Assembly: GCF_006345805.1 (NCBI RefSeq)
Contig: NW_021836158.1
Span: 5,360-69,359 of the forward strand
Origin: Octopus sinensis
Lineage: Eukaryota
Length of the DNA stretch: 64,000 bases
Reading direction: 5' to 3'
Shown here: positions 49,298 through 62,947 of the stretch, in pieces
Position numbering within the stretch: the stretch's first letter is position 1
Layout: the number at the start of each line of letters is the position of its first letter
Made by a program: the position numbers and the translations under genes
Notes under the pieces: generated by a model
What the model was told of the DNA's origin: nothing
The model's input: the letters and a program-made list of their open reading frames with translations, nothing else
Database searches by the model: none

Positions 49298-49700
49298 GGC
49301 GCAGGAGTGGCTGTGTGGTATGTAGCTTGCTTACCAGCCACATGGTTCCGGGTTCAGTCTGTGGCACCTTTGACAAGTGTCTTCTACTATAGCCTTGGGT
49401 TGCCCAAAGCCTTGTGAGTGGATTTGGTAGACAGAAACTGAAAGAAGCCTGTCGTATATATGTATATATATATACGTATGTGTGTATATATGTTTGTGTG
49501 TCTGTGTTTGTCCCCCCAACATCGCTTGACAACCGATGGTGGTGTGTTTACATCCCTGTAACTTAGTAGTTCAGCAAAATTGACTGATAAAATAAGTACT
49601 AGGCTTACAAAGAATAAGTCCTGTGGTTGATTTGCTCGACTAAAGGCTGTGTTCCAGCATGGCTGCAGTCAAATGACTGAAACAAGTAAAAGAGTAAAAG
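49298..49700 (+). mobile_element. SINE family A, full length
   Basis: Family head, core and GAGTAAAAGA tail. Confidence 0.9.
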
Positions 49701-49874
49701 ATATATATATATATATATATACACACATACACACACACACACATATACATACATATGTATATATATAAATCAATATATGTATAAATGTATGTATATATAT
49801 ATAAACGCATTCACAGACTCACACACACACAAACATATGTATATATATGTGTGTGTGTGTGTATATCAGTGCCG

Positions 49875-50093
49875 CATTGATTGTGGCACCAACCGATCGT
49901 GGCCATTGCCAGCCTCCCCTGGCACCTATGCCGGTGGCATATAAAAAGCACCCACTACACTCATGGAGTGGTTGGTGTTAGGAAGGGTATCCAACTGTAG
50001 AAACATTGCCAGATCAGACTGGAGCCTGGTGCTAGCATGGAAAACGGATGTTAAACGATGATGATGATAAAGACGATGATGATATACATGTCT
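49875..50093 (+). mobile_element. RTE LINE 3' end (internally deleted)
   Basis: Terminal module plus (GAT)n. Confidence 0.8.
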
Positions 50094-50784
50094 GAACACA
50101 TTTGTATATGTACACACACAAGCATACACAGATGCATAGATACACAACACTAGTTTAAGTAGAAGAGAAGAAAGTGCATTTCCAGTGTGTAGCACATTAG
50201 TGTTAAACCATTCAAACTTACAGCTCAGACTGGTTCCTATTCCAGTATGTAAACTGATTCAGTTACCTGCCTAAACATTGTATTATAAAGATGTAATGTG
50301 ATATCTATACCATAGATATGATATCTATGCAGAGTTTATTGATTGGACCATTGTTTTCACCTCGTGCATGATGGAAAAAAATTAATTTGAGTTTTTTTTT
50401 TAAACTAGCTGTTTCAATGCTCACCTGTTCTTTCCCTAATACTATGAGTTGTCTCTCCATTTTCAGTTTCAGGGAAGTCAGTACATATTTCTTCTTGGCA
50501 CTTTATAAAGCATGCTGTTATGTGGATTTGTTCGTACATATTTTACAACAATTTCCTCAGGAGTCATTGTCAAAAGGATGAAACTCAGAAATGATCTGAA
50601 AGAGTCAATGAAGATCCTAGTTTACTTTGTTAAATATGTGAGATTTTTAATACATCAGTGCTCCAAGCAAAATATTTTTGTCTTTATCATTGAGTTCTTT
50701 ATAAATTCTTTGTGTGAACTACTTCTTCAACATAAATTTTAATTCAAATTTAGTTTTATTTATACATATGTATATATGTGTCTA

Positions 50785-50842
<58 letters not shown>

Positions 50843-50903
50843 TATATATCTATAATCTACATACATCCTTAGATAAGTACAGGCATACATACACATGCAT
50901 TCA

Positions 50904-50938
<35 letters not shown>

Positions 50939-51499
50939 GCACATACACACACACATATATATATATCATCATCGTTTAACATCCGTTTTCCGCGCTAGCA
51001 TGGGTTATATATATATATAATACACACACACACATCCTCTATGGGCATATGATGAGGATGATGATACATATACATACTAACTTACATATACACATTCACA
51101 CATAAAGTATGGTTGGGAAGCAAACTTCTCTACCACAAACGCATGCACTTATACATACATACATACATACATACATACATAAACATACATACATACATAC
51201 ATACATGCAAACATACGTACATGGATTCTTGCATACATACATAAATGGTGGTTGTCGACTCCTTGTGTAGAGTCTGACCACTTCTTGTACCTACACCTTA
51301 GATCCATCATCGCATCTGATGTGACTTTTTAAACCAGACAATGTTTTGAAAAGACACCCACTTAGATTGCATATCCAATTTGGACCACCAAGAGCTGCAG
51401 TTAAGTTCTGATCTTTATGGATCTTAAAATGTCTTTTGAGGCCTTTGTTAGATTTGCAGACTTTATGGCATACATGGCATTGGAATGTGTTTTGTCAAT

Positions 51500-53060
51500 T
51501 CTCATGTCACATAAATGCATACATACATACATACATACATACATACATACATACATACATACATACATACATACATACATACATACATGCATGCATACAT
51601 ACATATGCATACACACATCTATACACATATATATACTTATAAACCTCCACTCACACACAAATATACATACATGCATGCATACATACATACATACATACAT
51701 ACATACATCATACATACATACATACATACATACATACATACATACATACATACATACATACATACACACATATATACACTTCTAAACCTCCACTCACACA
51801 CAAATATACATACATACATACATACATGCATACATACATACATACATACATACATACACACATACACACATACATACATACATAGATACATACATACATA
51901 CATACATACATACATACATACACACATACAAACATACACACATACACACATACATACACACATACACATACACATACATACATACATACATACATACATA
52001 CACACATAGATACATACATACATACATACATAGATACATACATACATACACACATACACACATACACACATACATACACACATACACATACACATACATA
52101 CATACATACATACATACATACATACATTCATACATACATACACACATATATACACTTCTAAACCTCCACTCACACACAAATATACATACATACATACATG
52201 CAAGCATACATACATACATACATACATACATACATACATACATACATACATAGATACATACATACATACATACATAGATACATACATACATACACACATA
52301 CACACATACACACATACATACACACATACACATACACATACATACATACATACATACATACATACATACATACATAGATACATACATACATACATACATA
52401 GATACATACATACATACACACATACACACATACACACATACATACACACATACACATACACATACATACATACATACATACATACATACATACATTCATA
52501 CATACATACACACATATATACACTTCTAAACCTCCACTCACACACAAATATACATACATACATACATGCAAGCATACATACATACATACATACATACATA
52601 CATACATACATACATACATAGATACATACATACATACATACATAGATACATACATACATACACACATACACACATACACACATACATACACACATACACA
52701 TACACATACATACATACATACATACATACATACATACATACATAGATACATACATACATACATACATAGATACATACATACATACACACATACACACATA
52801 CACACATACATACACACATACACATACACATACATACATACATACATACATACATACATACATACATTCATACATACATACACACATATATACACTTCTA
52901 AACCTCCACTCACACACAAATATACATACATACATACATACATACATACATACATACATACATACATACATACATACATAGATACATACATACATACATA
53001 CATAGATACATACATTCATACATACATACATGTATACATACATACATACGTACATGTGTA
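51500..53060. repeat. (TACA)n/(CA)n compound microsatellite with a ~370-bp higher-order period
   Basis: The unique anchor CTTCTAAACCTCCACTCACACACAAAT lies at ~51636, 51779, 52155, 52523 and 52895. Confidence 0.9.
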
Positions 53061-53519
53061 TATATATTTATTGAAAATATATATATAATTATTTCCCTAA
53101 AAATTCTTCTTCTTTTCTCTTCACATCTGGTGCCTTTCTCCTGGCAGTTGCCATGCATGATAGTAAAGAACTGATCTTGTTTAATAAACACACAGACAGA
53201 AGAATTGGGGAACTCTTTTCTAAACAGTATAAATGTACTATATCCCTATGTCAATAGTTGTTTGTGAGTGTTGTTATTCTTGTCTTTATTCTTCTTGTTA
53301 TTTTCATTAGTATAAATAGTTCTGGTTGTTGTTCTTGTTTCCAATGATGGATGATCTACGTGGCTATTTTGCAATGAATAGGATTGAATTGGGCATGATA
53401 ATCACTGATATTTTACAAAAGCCCCAAAGAGATGGATTAGTTGCTGGATCAGATGACAGGTAAGATTGATCACAACAAGAACAATGATAATGTTGATATT
53501 GGTGAGGATGTTGTTGTTG

Positions 53520-53570
<51 letters not shown>

Positions 53571-54169
53571 ATATTGAGAAATGGAAACTGGGTGGAAAAT
53601 AAACTAGATATAAATTAAAGAAACTTTCAGTCAATATGAAGCCAAAATAAGTAGAAGAAAATGAAGCGATTCAATAAATACCTGAACAGACAATTAGATT
53701 GAGTGATAGACAGACAATCAGATGGACTATATAGATGGAAATACAAACAAAAAAGAAAAGCAACAAAAAGAAATAGAAAAATAGGAAAATGGAGAAAAGA
53801 TTAGAAAAATGGAGAAGAAATATTTTATTGCAATTTCAGAAGGAAGAATATGCTCTAAATTCTTGAAAACAGATTAATTATGGGTATTGGGTAGAAAAGT
53901 AAAAATGGTAGAAAAAGGATTTAGCGCTAGTGTTAAGACAGTTCTGATCAGACATTTGACGCTAGGATGCTTTTTTTCTTAAGTATGCAAGATGAATTTA
54001 TTTATTGGAATTGTTAGCTGTCTGGATAGATTGATGGCCAGTTAACATTTATGCAAACTGCTTATATACACATAATTTGTATATTCGTGCGTATGTGTAC
54101 ACAACTGTTATTCTTTATTATAACTATTATTATCTTTTTAAGGGTAAATATACTCTGCCCTGTTGGAGT

Positions 54170-54890
54170 CTTTTGCAGCTCCACAGTTGAATAGCTTAGT
54201 TACAAACTTTTATTTCCTTTACTTTATAGCATTGTTGTAGAATGTGATACTTTGCAGATATGCAGTTTTCTGAACTCCAACAATGGAAGTTGCTCATTGT
54301 CAATTCTTTAATTCTTTTTCCATACCATATTTTACATTCCTAATGCTTCTATACTGACTTTGGATGTATCTGTTTTCATACCCCACTTTCTTGTGATTTT
54401 GGTTTCCAGCTCACCACATTTAGCAAGTTTTTTTCAACTTTCTTTAACAACATTTTGTTGCCATTTGACCAAACCACAATTATTACTGTATAAACCTACA
54501 TCTCTTGGTTCACTCTGGTTGGTTCACTCTTACTTCTTTGTCAACATGTCCTTTCATATCTCAGAGAATCACACCATTTTCACTTCCTAGCACAGCCTCT
54601 AGAATATGCTTAAATAATTTTTCTACAGCTGAAAGCCTTCATTTCCATGCATGCCTTCAAGTGGAGGCAGATAGCAGCCCTGTGATATCTCCTGATGTAT
54701 TCTGACATATCCTATGTGAAGCATCCATCTAGAATGTGACTGATGTTCTCATCAAACCTTCCACATACAGCATCCTGGCTAAACATTATCTTCAGGATAT
54801 ACCTGTGTCTCTAGCTTGGAGACACTAGTCCTGAGCTGCAATTATTAGGCCTTCAATTTCTCTTACCAGCTGTATTCCTTGAAGTTAGGT
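54170..54890 (-). mobile_element. R4/Dong-clade LINE C-terminal fragment (CCHC-like finger and restriction-like endonuclease region), decayed
   Basis: CGRFDENISHILDGC..EYIRRYHRAA..LETKITRKWGMKT..IEALGM matches my recollection of R4/Dong ORF C-termini. Many stops. Confidence 0.75.
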
Positions 54891-54988
54891 ATAGGTCTGT
54901 TATTTGTCACAGTATGGTTTATTTATTTGTTTTGGGAATGTCTTCAAAAAGGTTTCATTTTCTTAAGTCATTTTTATTTTCTTGGTTG

Positions 54989-55320
54989 ATCATCATCATC
55001 ATCATCATCATCGTTTAACGTCCGTTCTCCATGCTAGCACGGGTTGGATGGTTCGACTGGGGTCTGGGAAGCCAGGGGCTGCACCAGGCTCCAGTCTTAT
55101 CTGGCAATGTTTCTACAGCTGGATGCCCTTCCTAACGCCAACCACTCCGTGAGTGTAGTGGGTGCTTTTTACGTGCCACCCGCACAGGTGCCAGGCGAGG
55201 CTGGCAACGGCCACGGTCGGATTGGTGCATTTTACGTGCCACCGGCACGGAAGCCAGTCAAGGCGGCACTGGCTTCGGCCACGATTTGGATGGTGCTTTT
55301 TACGTGCCACCGGCACGGAC
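54989..55320 (-). mobile_element. RTE LINE 3' end with modular repeats
   Basis: (CAT)n plus the reverse complement of the terminal module. TTTTACGTGCCACC occurs three times. Confidence 0.85.
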
Positions 55321-56267
55321 TCCGTTTTATTTCTTTCACATTGCCTGTATGCTTAGCACTAAAATTGTTTATGATTTTTGAGGAATCTGTGGGTGGAGTA
55401 TGTATTTCTGTTGAATATTTTTGTATTTCCTTATAGATTGGGTGCAAACTTTTGCTTTTGTCATGCTTTGCAACTTCATGTAATTGGGTTTGCATGTTTT
55501 GTGGGTAAATTAGTGTTCAGCACGATTGTCACTCTCATACACACTAATGCGTCCAGGGGAGATGAAGCCCATCAACTCTTTAGCTCCTTATCTAAGAGAA
55601 GGTAACTCCATTCAAATACTCCATCTTGATAACAACTGGGTTTATGGCATTTGTTGCACCAGACCAATACAAGTTTGCAGAGTGAGAGAGTGGGAATGGC
55701 TCTGCACAAACAATAATAAAAATAATGAAATTATTGTATACAGTGCTCAGGTGCACCACAACTTGTCAAAAGAGATAATAATGCTCACTGCAATGACGTG
55801 CATCATGCAGGTTCTTCTGTAAACTAAGCCACCAGCACCAGCATCTTCACACTGTCTACTTAAGATCAGTAGACAAGACATTGAAATGAGAACATTATGC
55901 AGCTTTGTTCTGCTGAACTCTCATTTGTCAAAGCGATGAGAGAGTCCACACCATTTTTATATATAATCTCAATTCGTTGAATGTCTTTTCTTCGATTCTG
56001 CTAAAGGAATTTTATGCAATGTGTGCCATCTTTTGGGTAATGTAGCTTAAGTTTAGTCTATAAGTCTGTTTTCGTGTCTATTTTGTTTATCCCTTACATA
56101 TTCCAATTCACTGAAGAGAATACTTCACTAAGAGAATAATTGCTTCCATCTTATTTTTTAATTTATGTTCACTTTATAGAAGCATCCTCATCCTCTAACT
56201 ATGTTCAGATAAAATTTTTACATTCTAACTTGCAGAATCTGTTCACCTTTATTGACCCACAAACATC

Positions 56268-56690
56268 TACTCTTTTACTCTTTTACTCTTTTACTTGTTT
56301 CAGTCATTTGACTGTGGCCATGCTGGAGCACCACCTTTAGTTGAGCAAATCGACCCCGGGACTTATTTTTTGTAAGCCCAGTACTTATTCTATCGGTCTC
56401 TTTTGCTGAACCGCTAAGTGACGGGGACGTAAACACACCAGCATCGGTTGTCAAGCAATGCTAGGGGGACAAACACAGACATACAAACACATACACACAC
56501 ACATATATATACATACATACATATATACGACAGGCTTCTTTCAGTTTCCGTCTACCAAATCCACTCACAAGGCATTGGTCGGCCCAGGGCTATAGCAGAA
56601 GACACCTGCCCAAGATGCCACGCAGTGGGACTGAACCCAGAACCATGTGGTTGGTTAGCAAGCTACTTACCACACAGCCACTCCTGTGCC
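56268..56690 (-). mobile_element. SINE family A, full length
   Basis: Reverse complement of the family consensus. Confidence 0.92.
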
Positions 56691-56961
56691 TATATATTAT
56701 TATTATTAGGAGAAATTATAATAAACTCAAGTTTATCTCATTTGTTCCCTATGTACATTTTCCCATTGTTACTGTTCAGAACTCTGCTTTGGATGTTGCA
56801 AGTGTAGTTGAATGCTTAACCACAACAGATCATCAGGGAACACTTTACTGATTTATGTTACAAAGAACTAATGTCTGGACGATGATAATCTATGTGGAGC
56901 TCTAAACATAACAGTAGTCATCATACAGCTATTTGCACACACAGGATACACTATGTTATTG

Positions 56962-57187
56962 TTATCAACTATTTTAAGATGGCAAGCTGGCAGAACCATT
57001 GGTACACCAAACAAAGTGCTTAGCCGCAGTTTGTCTGTTCTTACGTTCTGAGTTCAAATTCAACCGAAATTAACTTTGCTTTCATCTTTTTAGGGCTGAT
57101 GAAAAAAGTACCAGCTGAATACTGGAGTCGATGTAATCAACTCTCCCTTTCCTCCGATTTCAGACCTTGTGCCTATAGTAAAAAGGA

Positions 57188-57236
<49 letters not shown>

Positions 57237-57239
57237 CAT

Positions 57240-57300
<61 letters not shown>

Positions 57301-57677
57301 GTTATTAAAGCAACAGGTTGAGAGAATTGTTGGCACACCAGGTAAAAGGCTTAGTGGAATTTTGTTTGTCCTTATGTTCTGAGTTCAAATTCCACCGAGG
57401 TTGACTTTGCTTTTCATCCTTTTGGGGTTGTGCCTATAGTAAAAGGGATTATTATCAACTATCTTAAGGCAGCTGGCTGGCAGAATGCTTAACTGCATTT
57501 TTCCTGTCCTTACATTCTGAGTTCAAATTCCACTGAGGTCAACTTTACCTTTCATCTTTTTGGGGGTCGATGAAAAAAAGTACTAGTTGAGTATCAAGGT
57601 CAATATAATTGACTGTCTCCCTTCTCCAATTTCAGGCCTTGTGCCTATAGTAGAAAGGATTATTATCAACATTTTAA
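56962..57677 (+). mobile_element. Three head-to-tail family-B SINEs with (TAT)n(TAC)n and a triplicated flank
   Basis: A TTATCAACTATTTTAA-like 16-mer occurs at 56962, 57452 and 57663. Confidence 0.8.
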
Positions 57678-58019
57678 ACGTCTGGCTCATTTTAGTATCT
57701 ATGTCTATCACCCAGATCAACCACTCTATTTTGAAAGTGGTGTAGTCACATTTGTCAACTCTACATTTATATTGATGTCACAGCTGTCAAAAATTACTCT
57801 CTGCAAAAAAAAAATATATATATATATATTAAGGCTGTGTCAAAGCATATAACATGATGTCATCCATATAGACTAAGTGGCTGAAAACAGTCCATTAGAT
57901 GTTGTAGCTATTTCCTGTACAGTTTAGGATTGCACTTAATGAGGTGAGAGCCAGACAAAACAAACATAATGACAGTAAATTTCCATGGAATATTCATGCT
58001 TTAATAGGAATTATACTGC

Positions 58020-59790
58020 TTTGTATAACACCTCACTCAAGATTTTGTTTTCCACTTTAGTATACTATTTTTCCTGATTTCTATACCCCTGGTGATAATT
58101 CATACATACCTCTTGATGAATGGATCCATGTTACTTACCATAATAAAATGTTTTATAGTTTATCCAGGCACTAGTAAGTTCCCCTGTTTCACCCTACAGC
58201 CTTCTATAATTGACTTGTTATCACAGTCATAAGATTACCTTCTAAAATCTTTTTGGTTCTCTTTTTCATGAATAAGATAGGCGTAGGAGTGGCTGTGTGG
58301 TAAGTAGCTTGCTTACGAACCACATGGCTCCAGGTTCAGTCCCACTGAGTAGCACCTTGGGCAAGTGTCTTCTACTATGGCCTTGGGCCGACCAAAGCCT
58401 TGTAAGTGGATTTGGTAGACGGAAACTGAATGAAGCCCTATATATATATGTATATGTTTGTGTGTCTGTTGTTTGTCACCCCAACATCACTTGACAACCG
58501 ATGCTGGTGTGTTTATGTCCCCGTAACTTAGCAGTTCGGCAAAAGAGACCGATAGAATAAGTACTAGGCTTACAAAGACTAAGTCCTGGAGTTGATTTGC
58601 TTGACTAAAGGTGGTGCTCCAGCATGGCCACAGTCAAATGACTGAAACAAGTAAAAGAGAGTAAAGAGTAAGATTGCGTCTGTAGAGATCTTGATATATC
58701 TTCTTACTTATTCTTGATATCTTGTAGTTAAAAAGCATGTATCTGGCCTGTATCTATAGTTTTAGGATTATCTAATGTTATGGATTTTGATAGGAAGAGT
58801 GTTTTTCCTTTTGTTAGCCACTTTAATATTTGTTATGGGCGCCAATCATTTAATTAAAGCATTTGTCCTTAAGTAAGTATAAGACACGGAGGCGTTTCAT
58901 CCAGGAATTTTGTCAAATCCAGGCGATTTCCAATTGCCTTTTCCTCTCATGGCTTCTATGATATTCCCCAGTGTAATATCTTTTCATTCTTGTGGAGCCA
59001 CATGATTTAATTCTTCTTTTCTTCTACTAGTTAGTTCATTTATTTTATGGGACATTTCTGCATCCCTTATTTTCTTCCAAAATGTTTTTACTTTTTCTTC
59101 ATTCAGTGGATTCTTTACTTGTTTTGTAATTTCTCTATAAAGCTTCCTATATCTTCTGAGAACATTTATTTTGAACATTTTATGTTTGAATTGCTCAAAT
59201 TCTCTACACTTTATTTTTTACACTTTAACTGTCTCCCATTCAATTGATATCTCTTTTGTGATTTTAAAATCCCATTCATCTAATTTTTAAGCTTTTGATG
59301 TAACTTTAATTTTTTATGGGCTGACAACATTTTATGTCCCTGTTTTAGTGCCTTGTGTATTCTAACTATATTTTTCTCCTGTAATTTATCTCCTGCTGAC
59401 ACTTCTGTTTGGTAACAGGATCCATTTTAGATTTTCTAGTTTTCTAATTTATTTTGGTACCTGCTGCTCTGGATACTGCATATTTTATTCAGTTTAAGGC
59501 CATTATATCTATTTCATTTATTTACTTTGTAATTATTTCTCACGTATGATTAGTCTATTTGATTAGGTTTCTGTTTTTGTGTTGTATGACATTTTACTCA
59601 TTTATAGTTTGAAGTCAGTTTGTATAAGTTGTATCACTTCAAACTTTTGCTTGATTTCATCTGCCATATGTTCTAAATCCCTATGTCGGTGCTGATAGTT
59701 CTTTCATAGTATTTATAACTTGGCAGTATTAGGTTTGGAATTGTCTGTTTCACATTTACTAGTATTTAATACCTGCATTGGTGTTCATGG
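58020..59790 (-). mobile_element. R4/Dong-clade LINE N-terminal/RT fragment, interrupted by a family-A SINE (58280-58670)
   Basis: KTFWKKI..GNWKSPGFDKIP..WLTKGKT..NPKNY..|..SIIEGCRVKQ..AWINYKTF, collinear across the SINE. Confidence 0.8.
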
Positions 59791-59889
59791 CTCTTTCTTT
59801 CTTCTTATTATTTGGTAGTGTTAAGGTGGTGAGCTGGCAAAAGTGTTAGCGTGCTGGGCAAAATGCTTAGTGGTATTTCGTCTGGCGTC

Positions 59890-60357
59890 CGTGCTTGTGG
59901 AGCGCTAAGAGCACCATCCGAGCGTGATCATTGCCATTGCCAGAACAGCTAACTGGCTTCCATGCCGGTGACATGTAAAAAGCACCATTCGAGCATGATT
60001 GTTACCAGCATCGCCTTACTGGCACTTGTGCCAGTGGAACATGAATAAACATTCGAGCAAGGTCGTTACCAGTGCCGCTGGACTGGCTCCAGTACAGGTA
60101 GCATGTAAAAAAATACCATTTGAGCATGGCCATTGTCAGTACTACCCGACTGGCCCTCGTGCCGGTGGCACGTAAAAGCACCCACTACACTCTCGGAGTG
60201 GTTGGCATTAGGAAGGGCATCCAGCTGTAGAAACTCTGCCAGATCAGATTGGAGCCTGGTGCAGCCATCTGGTTCACCAGTCCTCAGTCAAATCGTCCAA
60301 CCCATGCTAGCATGGAAAGTGGACGTTAAACGATAATGATAATGATGATGATGATGA
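59890..60357 (+). mobile_element. RTE LINE 3' UTR inserted in a family-B SINE
   Basis: Matches 33700-34140. The host SINE halves are at ~59820-59885 and ~60357-60500. Confidence 0.85.
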
Positions 60358-60534
60358 GTATGCTCTAAGTTCAAATTCAGCCAGGATTCATTTTATTTTT
60401 CATCTTTCAGGGTTGATAGAATAAGTACCAGTTGAACACTGGGGTTGATGTAATTGACTATGCCCCTCCCAAATTCCAGGCCTATAGTTGAAAGGATTAT
60501 TTGGCAGTGGTGAATAGAGAAGTGAAATTGTTAA

Positions 60535-60572
<38 letters not shown>

Positions 60573-61814
60573 AAAAAAAGCCGAGTGGTTTTTGTTCTGG
60601 CCCTTTACATCCTTAGTTCAAATTCTGATAAGGTCAGCTTTGCTTTTCATCCCTTCAAGCTGGGTAAAATAAAGTACCAGTCAGAAACTGAGGTCCACTA
60701 CACGATTTAGTCTTTGTTATGGTGGCTTGTGTGCTTCAATAACCCTGTGAGCTATGTTAGTGAAGCAGAAATTCCAGGTAAGTCTTCCCATGCTGGACTG
60801 GTCAAAGGATAGAAGCCAGATTAATATGGCTTACTTCTTCCAAGAGGTAAAAATAGGTTTGCATTGAGCCAACACCCCTATCTAAAACAAAAAGTAGGGT
60901 AACAGAAGCAGTAATGACAGTTCAAAACTACCAAGACTTGAGAGAGGAAGGCCTTCCCCGAAGGAAACATCGCAGAATATCCAGATGATGTTTCGAATCA
61001 GGAAGGAAAAAGTAAGGATTCAAGCAGAAGAGATGGCCCAGAATTGAGAATAGTGGAGAAAATTGTGAAGAACTTAAGCTCCTTAGGGAGTGATAGGCTT
61101 AAGTGAGCAAATACTAGAGTCAGTGACTAAAGCACTACCATCAAAATTGTTGGCCTTATGTCTAAGTTAGAAAGAATTATTATTTGGCAGAGTTAGATTT
61201 GGAATTGTCTGTTCCTTGGTTTATTGCTACTTCATCTCTGTTGTACTGCCTTTGTATTCTCTTCTTCTATGATTTGTGTTTCTCTTGTATTCTGCAGATG
61301 TGTAGTATCTACTATATTAATTTATCTTCGTATTTCACAATGTTTTCTCATTCAATTCATGTTATTCATTTTTTTTTTCTTTTCTTATTTTTTCCTATTT
61401 TTTTTTTATATACATTGTCCCTTCATACATTTGATAGCTTTCCACTATTCATTTGTAGCTGAATCTCAGGAATGCTCTTTTATCAGATTTGGTAAGTTGA
61501 TTCCATAATATTACCTAAGGGATTTAGTTTGGCAGTAAATAAGGTTTTTATAATCTCTATACAGTTGGCTCTAACCCATTTCTGCCTTTCTTCTTTTCTT
61601 CTCTGTTGTTGCTATTTTATTTTGACTTAGCAGTACACAGTGAGATTTTCTCTCATTATGTGGTTCCAGTTAGTTATGTTACGCTGCAAAACTTTTACTG
61701 TTCATTTTTATTTCATTTCAAAAACATTTTGGAATTGCATTGACCTAATTCTTGGTACGATAATCAATGTAAAATATTTATAAACTTTTGTTAATATCTC
61801 TTGTATACAGGAAA

Positions 61815-62170
61815 TCCAATACGTGCATTAGTTCTTTTGTTGTAATATTAAGTCTCATAACCTTGGTCATGTCTCTGTGAATGTTCACACTAGCTGGTGA
61901 GGATATTTCACTAAAACTGGTTGTTTTCTTTTGCATTTGGTACAGTATATGAGACAGCAATACAAAGCCAAGGTTCTCTGGCTAGTTGTACATGATCCGC
62001 TATGCTTTGATCCTTCTGCCTTGCTGTGGTGGTTTTCATTACCTAATCAATCACTAACAAGGAGATTAGGACACAGCCTTGGCAGAGTCCAGTCTTCATT
62101 GTGAAATTCCTTGTAAATCTTCCATCATGGAGAAACCTGCGGGTCATTTTTCATATGATTTTCAATAAAA
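61815..62170 (-). mobile_element. RTE-clade RT core fragment
   Basis: MKTGLCQGCVLISLLVID*VMK..LLSHILYQMQKKT..NIHRDMTKVMRLN resembles the RTE motifs GVRQGCxLSP..LLSH..MQ.K..LNIH..KTKVM. Confidence 0.75.
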
Positions 62171-62181
62171 CGTTTTACATA

Positions 62182-62553
62182 GGTGCAGGAGTGGCTGTGT
62201 GGTAAGTAGCTTGCTTACCAACCACATGGTTCTGGGTTTAGTTCCACTGTGTGGCACCTTGGGCAAGTGTATTTTACTATAGCCTCAGGACGACCAAAGC
62301 CTTGTGAGTGGATTTGGTTGACGGAAATTGAAAAGAAGCCCGTCATGTATATGTATATATATGTGTGTGTTTGTGTCTGTGTTTATTCCCCCAATGTCAC
62401 TTGACAACCGATGGTGGTTCAGCATCGGTTCAGCAAAAGAGACCGACAGAATAATTACTAGGCTTACAAAGAATAAGTTCTAGGGTTGATTTGCTTGACT
62501 AAAGGCGGTGCTCCAGCATGGCCACAGTCAAATGACTGAAACAAGTAAAAGAG
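62182..62553 (+). mobile_element. SINE family A
   Basis: Family head and tail. Followed by the 3' half of another SINE type (~62555-62755, GACTGGCGTCCCGTCCAGG..GAAACTGGGAAACC). Confidence 0.88.
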
Positions 62554-62947
62554 TAGTCTTCTGCAAAAGGTAATGGTGAACTTCTGCTGACTCTTTCGCC
62601 ACAACTTTCTCTCACTCTTTCCTCCTGCATCTTGCAGCTCACTTGCGACTGACTGGCGTCCCGTCCAGGTGGGGAACCTATACGCCAAGGAAACTGGGAA
62701 ACCAGCCCTTATGAGCCAGATATGGCTCGAGAAGGAAGAAGCAGCAACAAAAAAGATCATGCTTCACCACCTTGTACCATGTCTTTCTGGGTCTATCGCT
62801 TCCATCTACCAAACTAACTCACTAAGCATTGGTCAGCCTGGGGCTATAGAAAAAGACACATGCCTAAGGTACGACATATTGATCTCAGAACCATGTGGTT
62901 GCAAGTGAATTTCCTAGCCACACAGTCATACTTCCACTTATAGCCTA

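Noticed and set aside
51637-53055. 472-aa ORF and overlapping MYVC/HTYI-rich ORFs
   Set aside because: Read-through of (TACA)n, which lacks stops in several frames. No protein-like composition.
61778-61960. BTB-like motif HVLDFLYT
   Set aside because: The upstream part of the same frame is RTE reverse transcriptase (LLSH..MQ.K..NIH..TKVM), so the match is coincidental.
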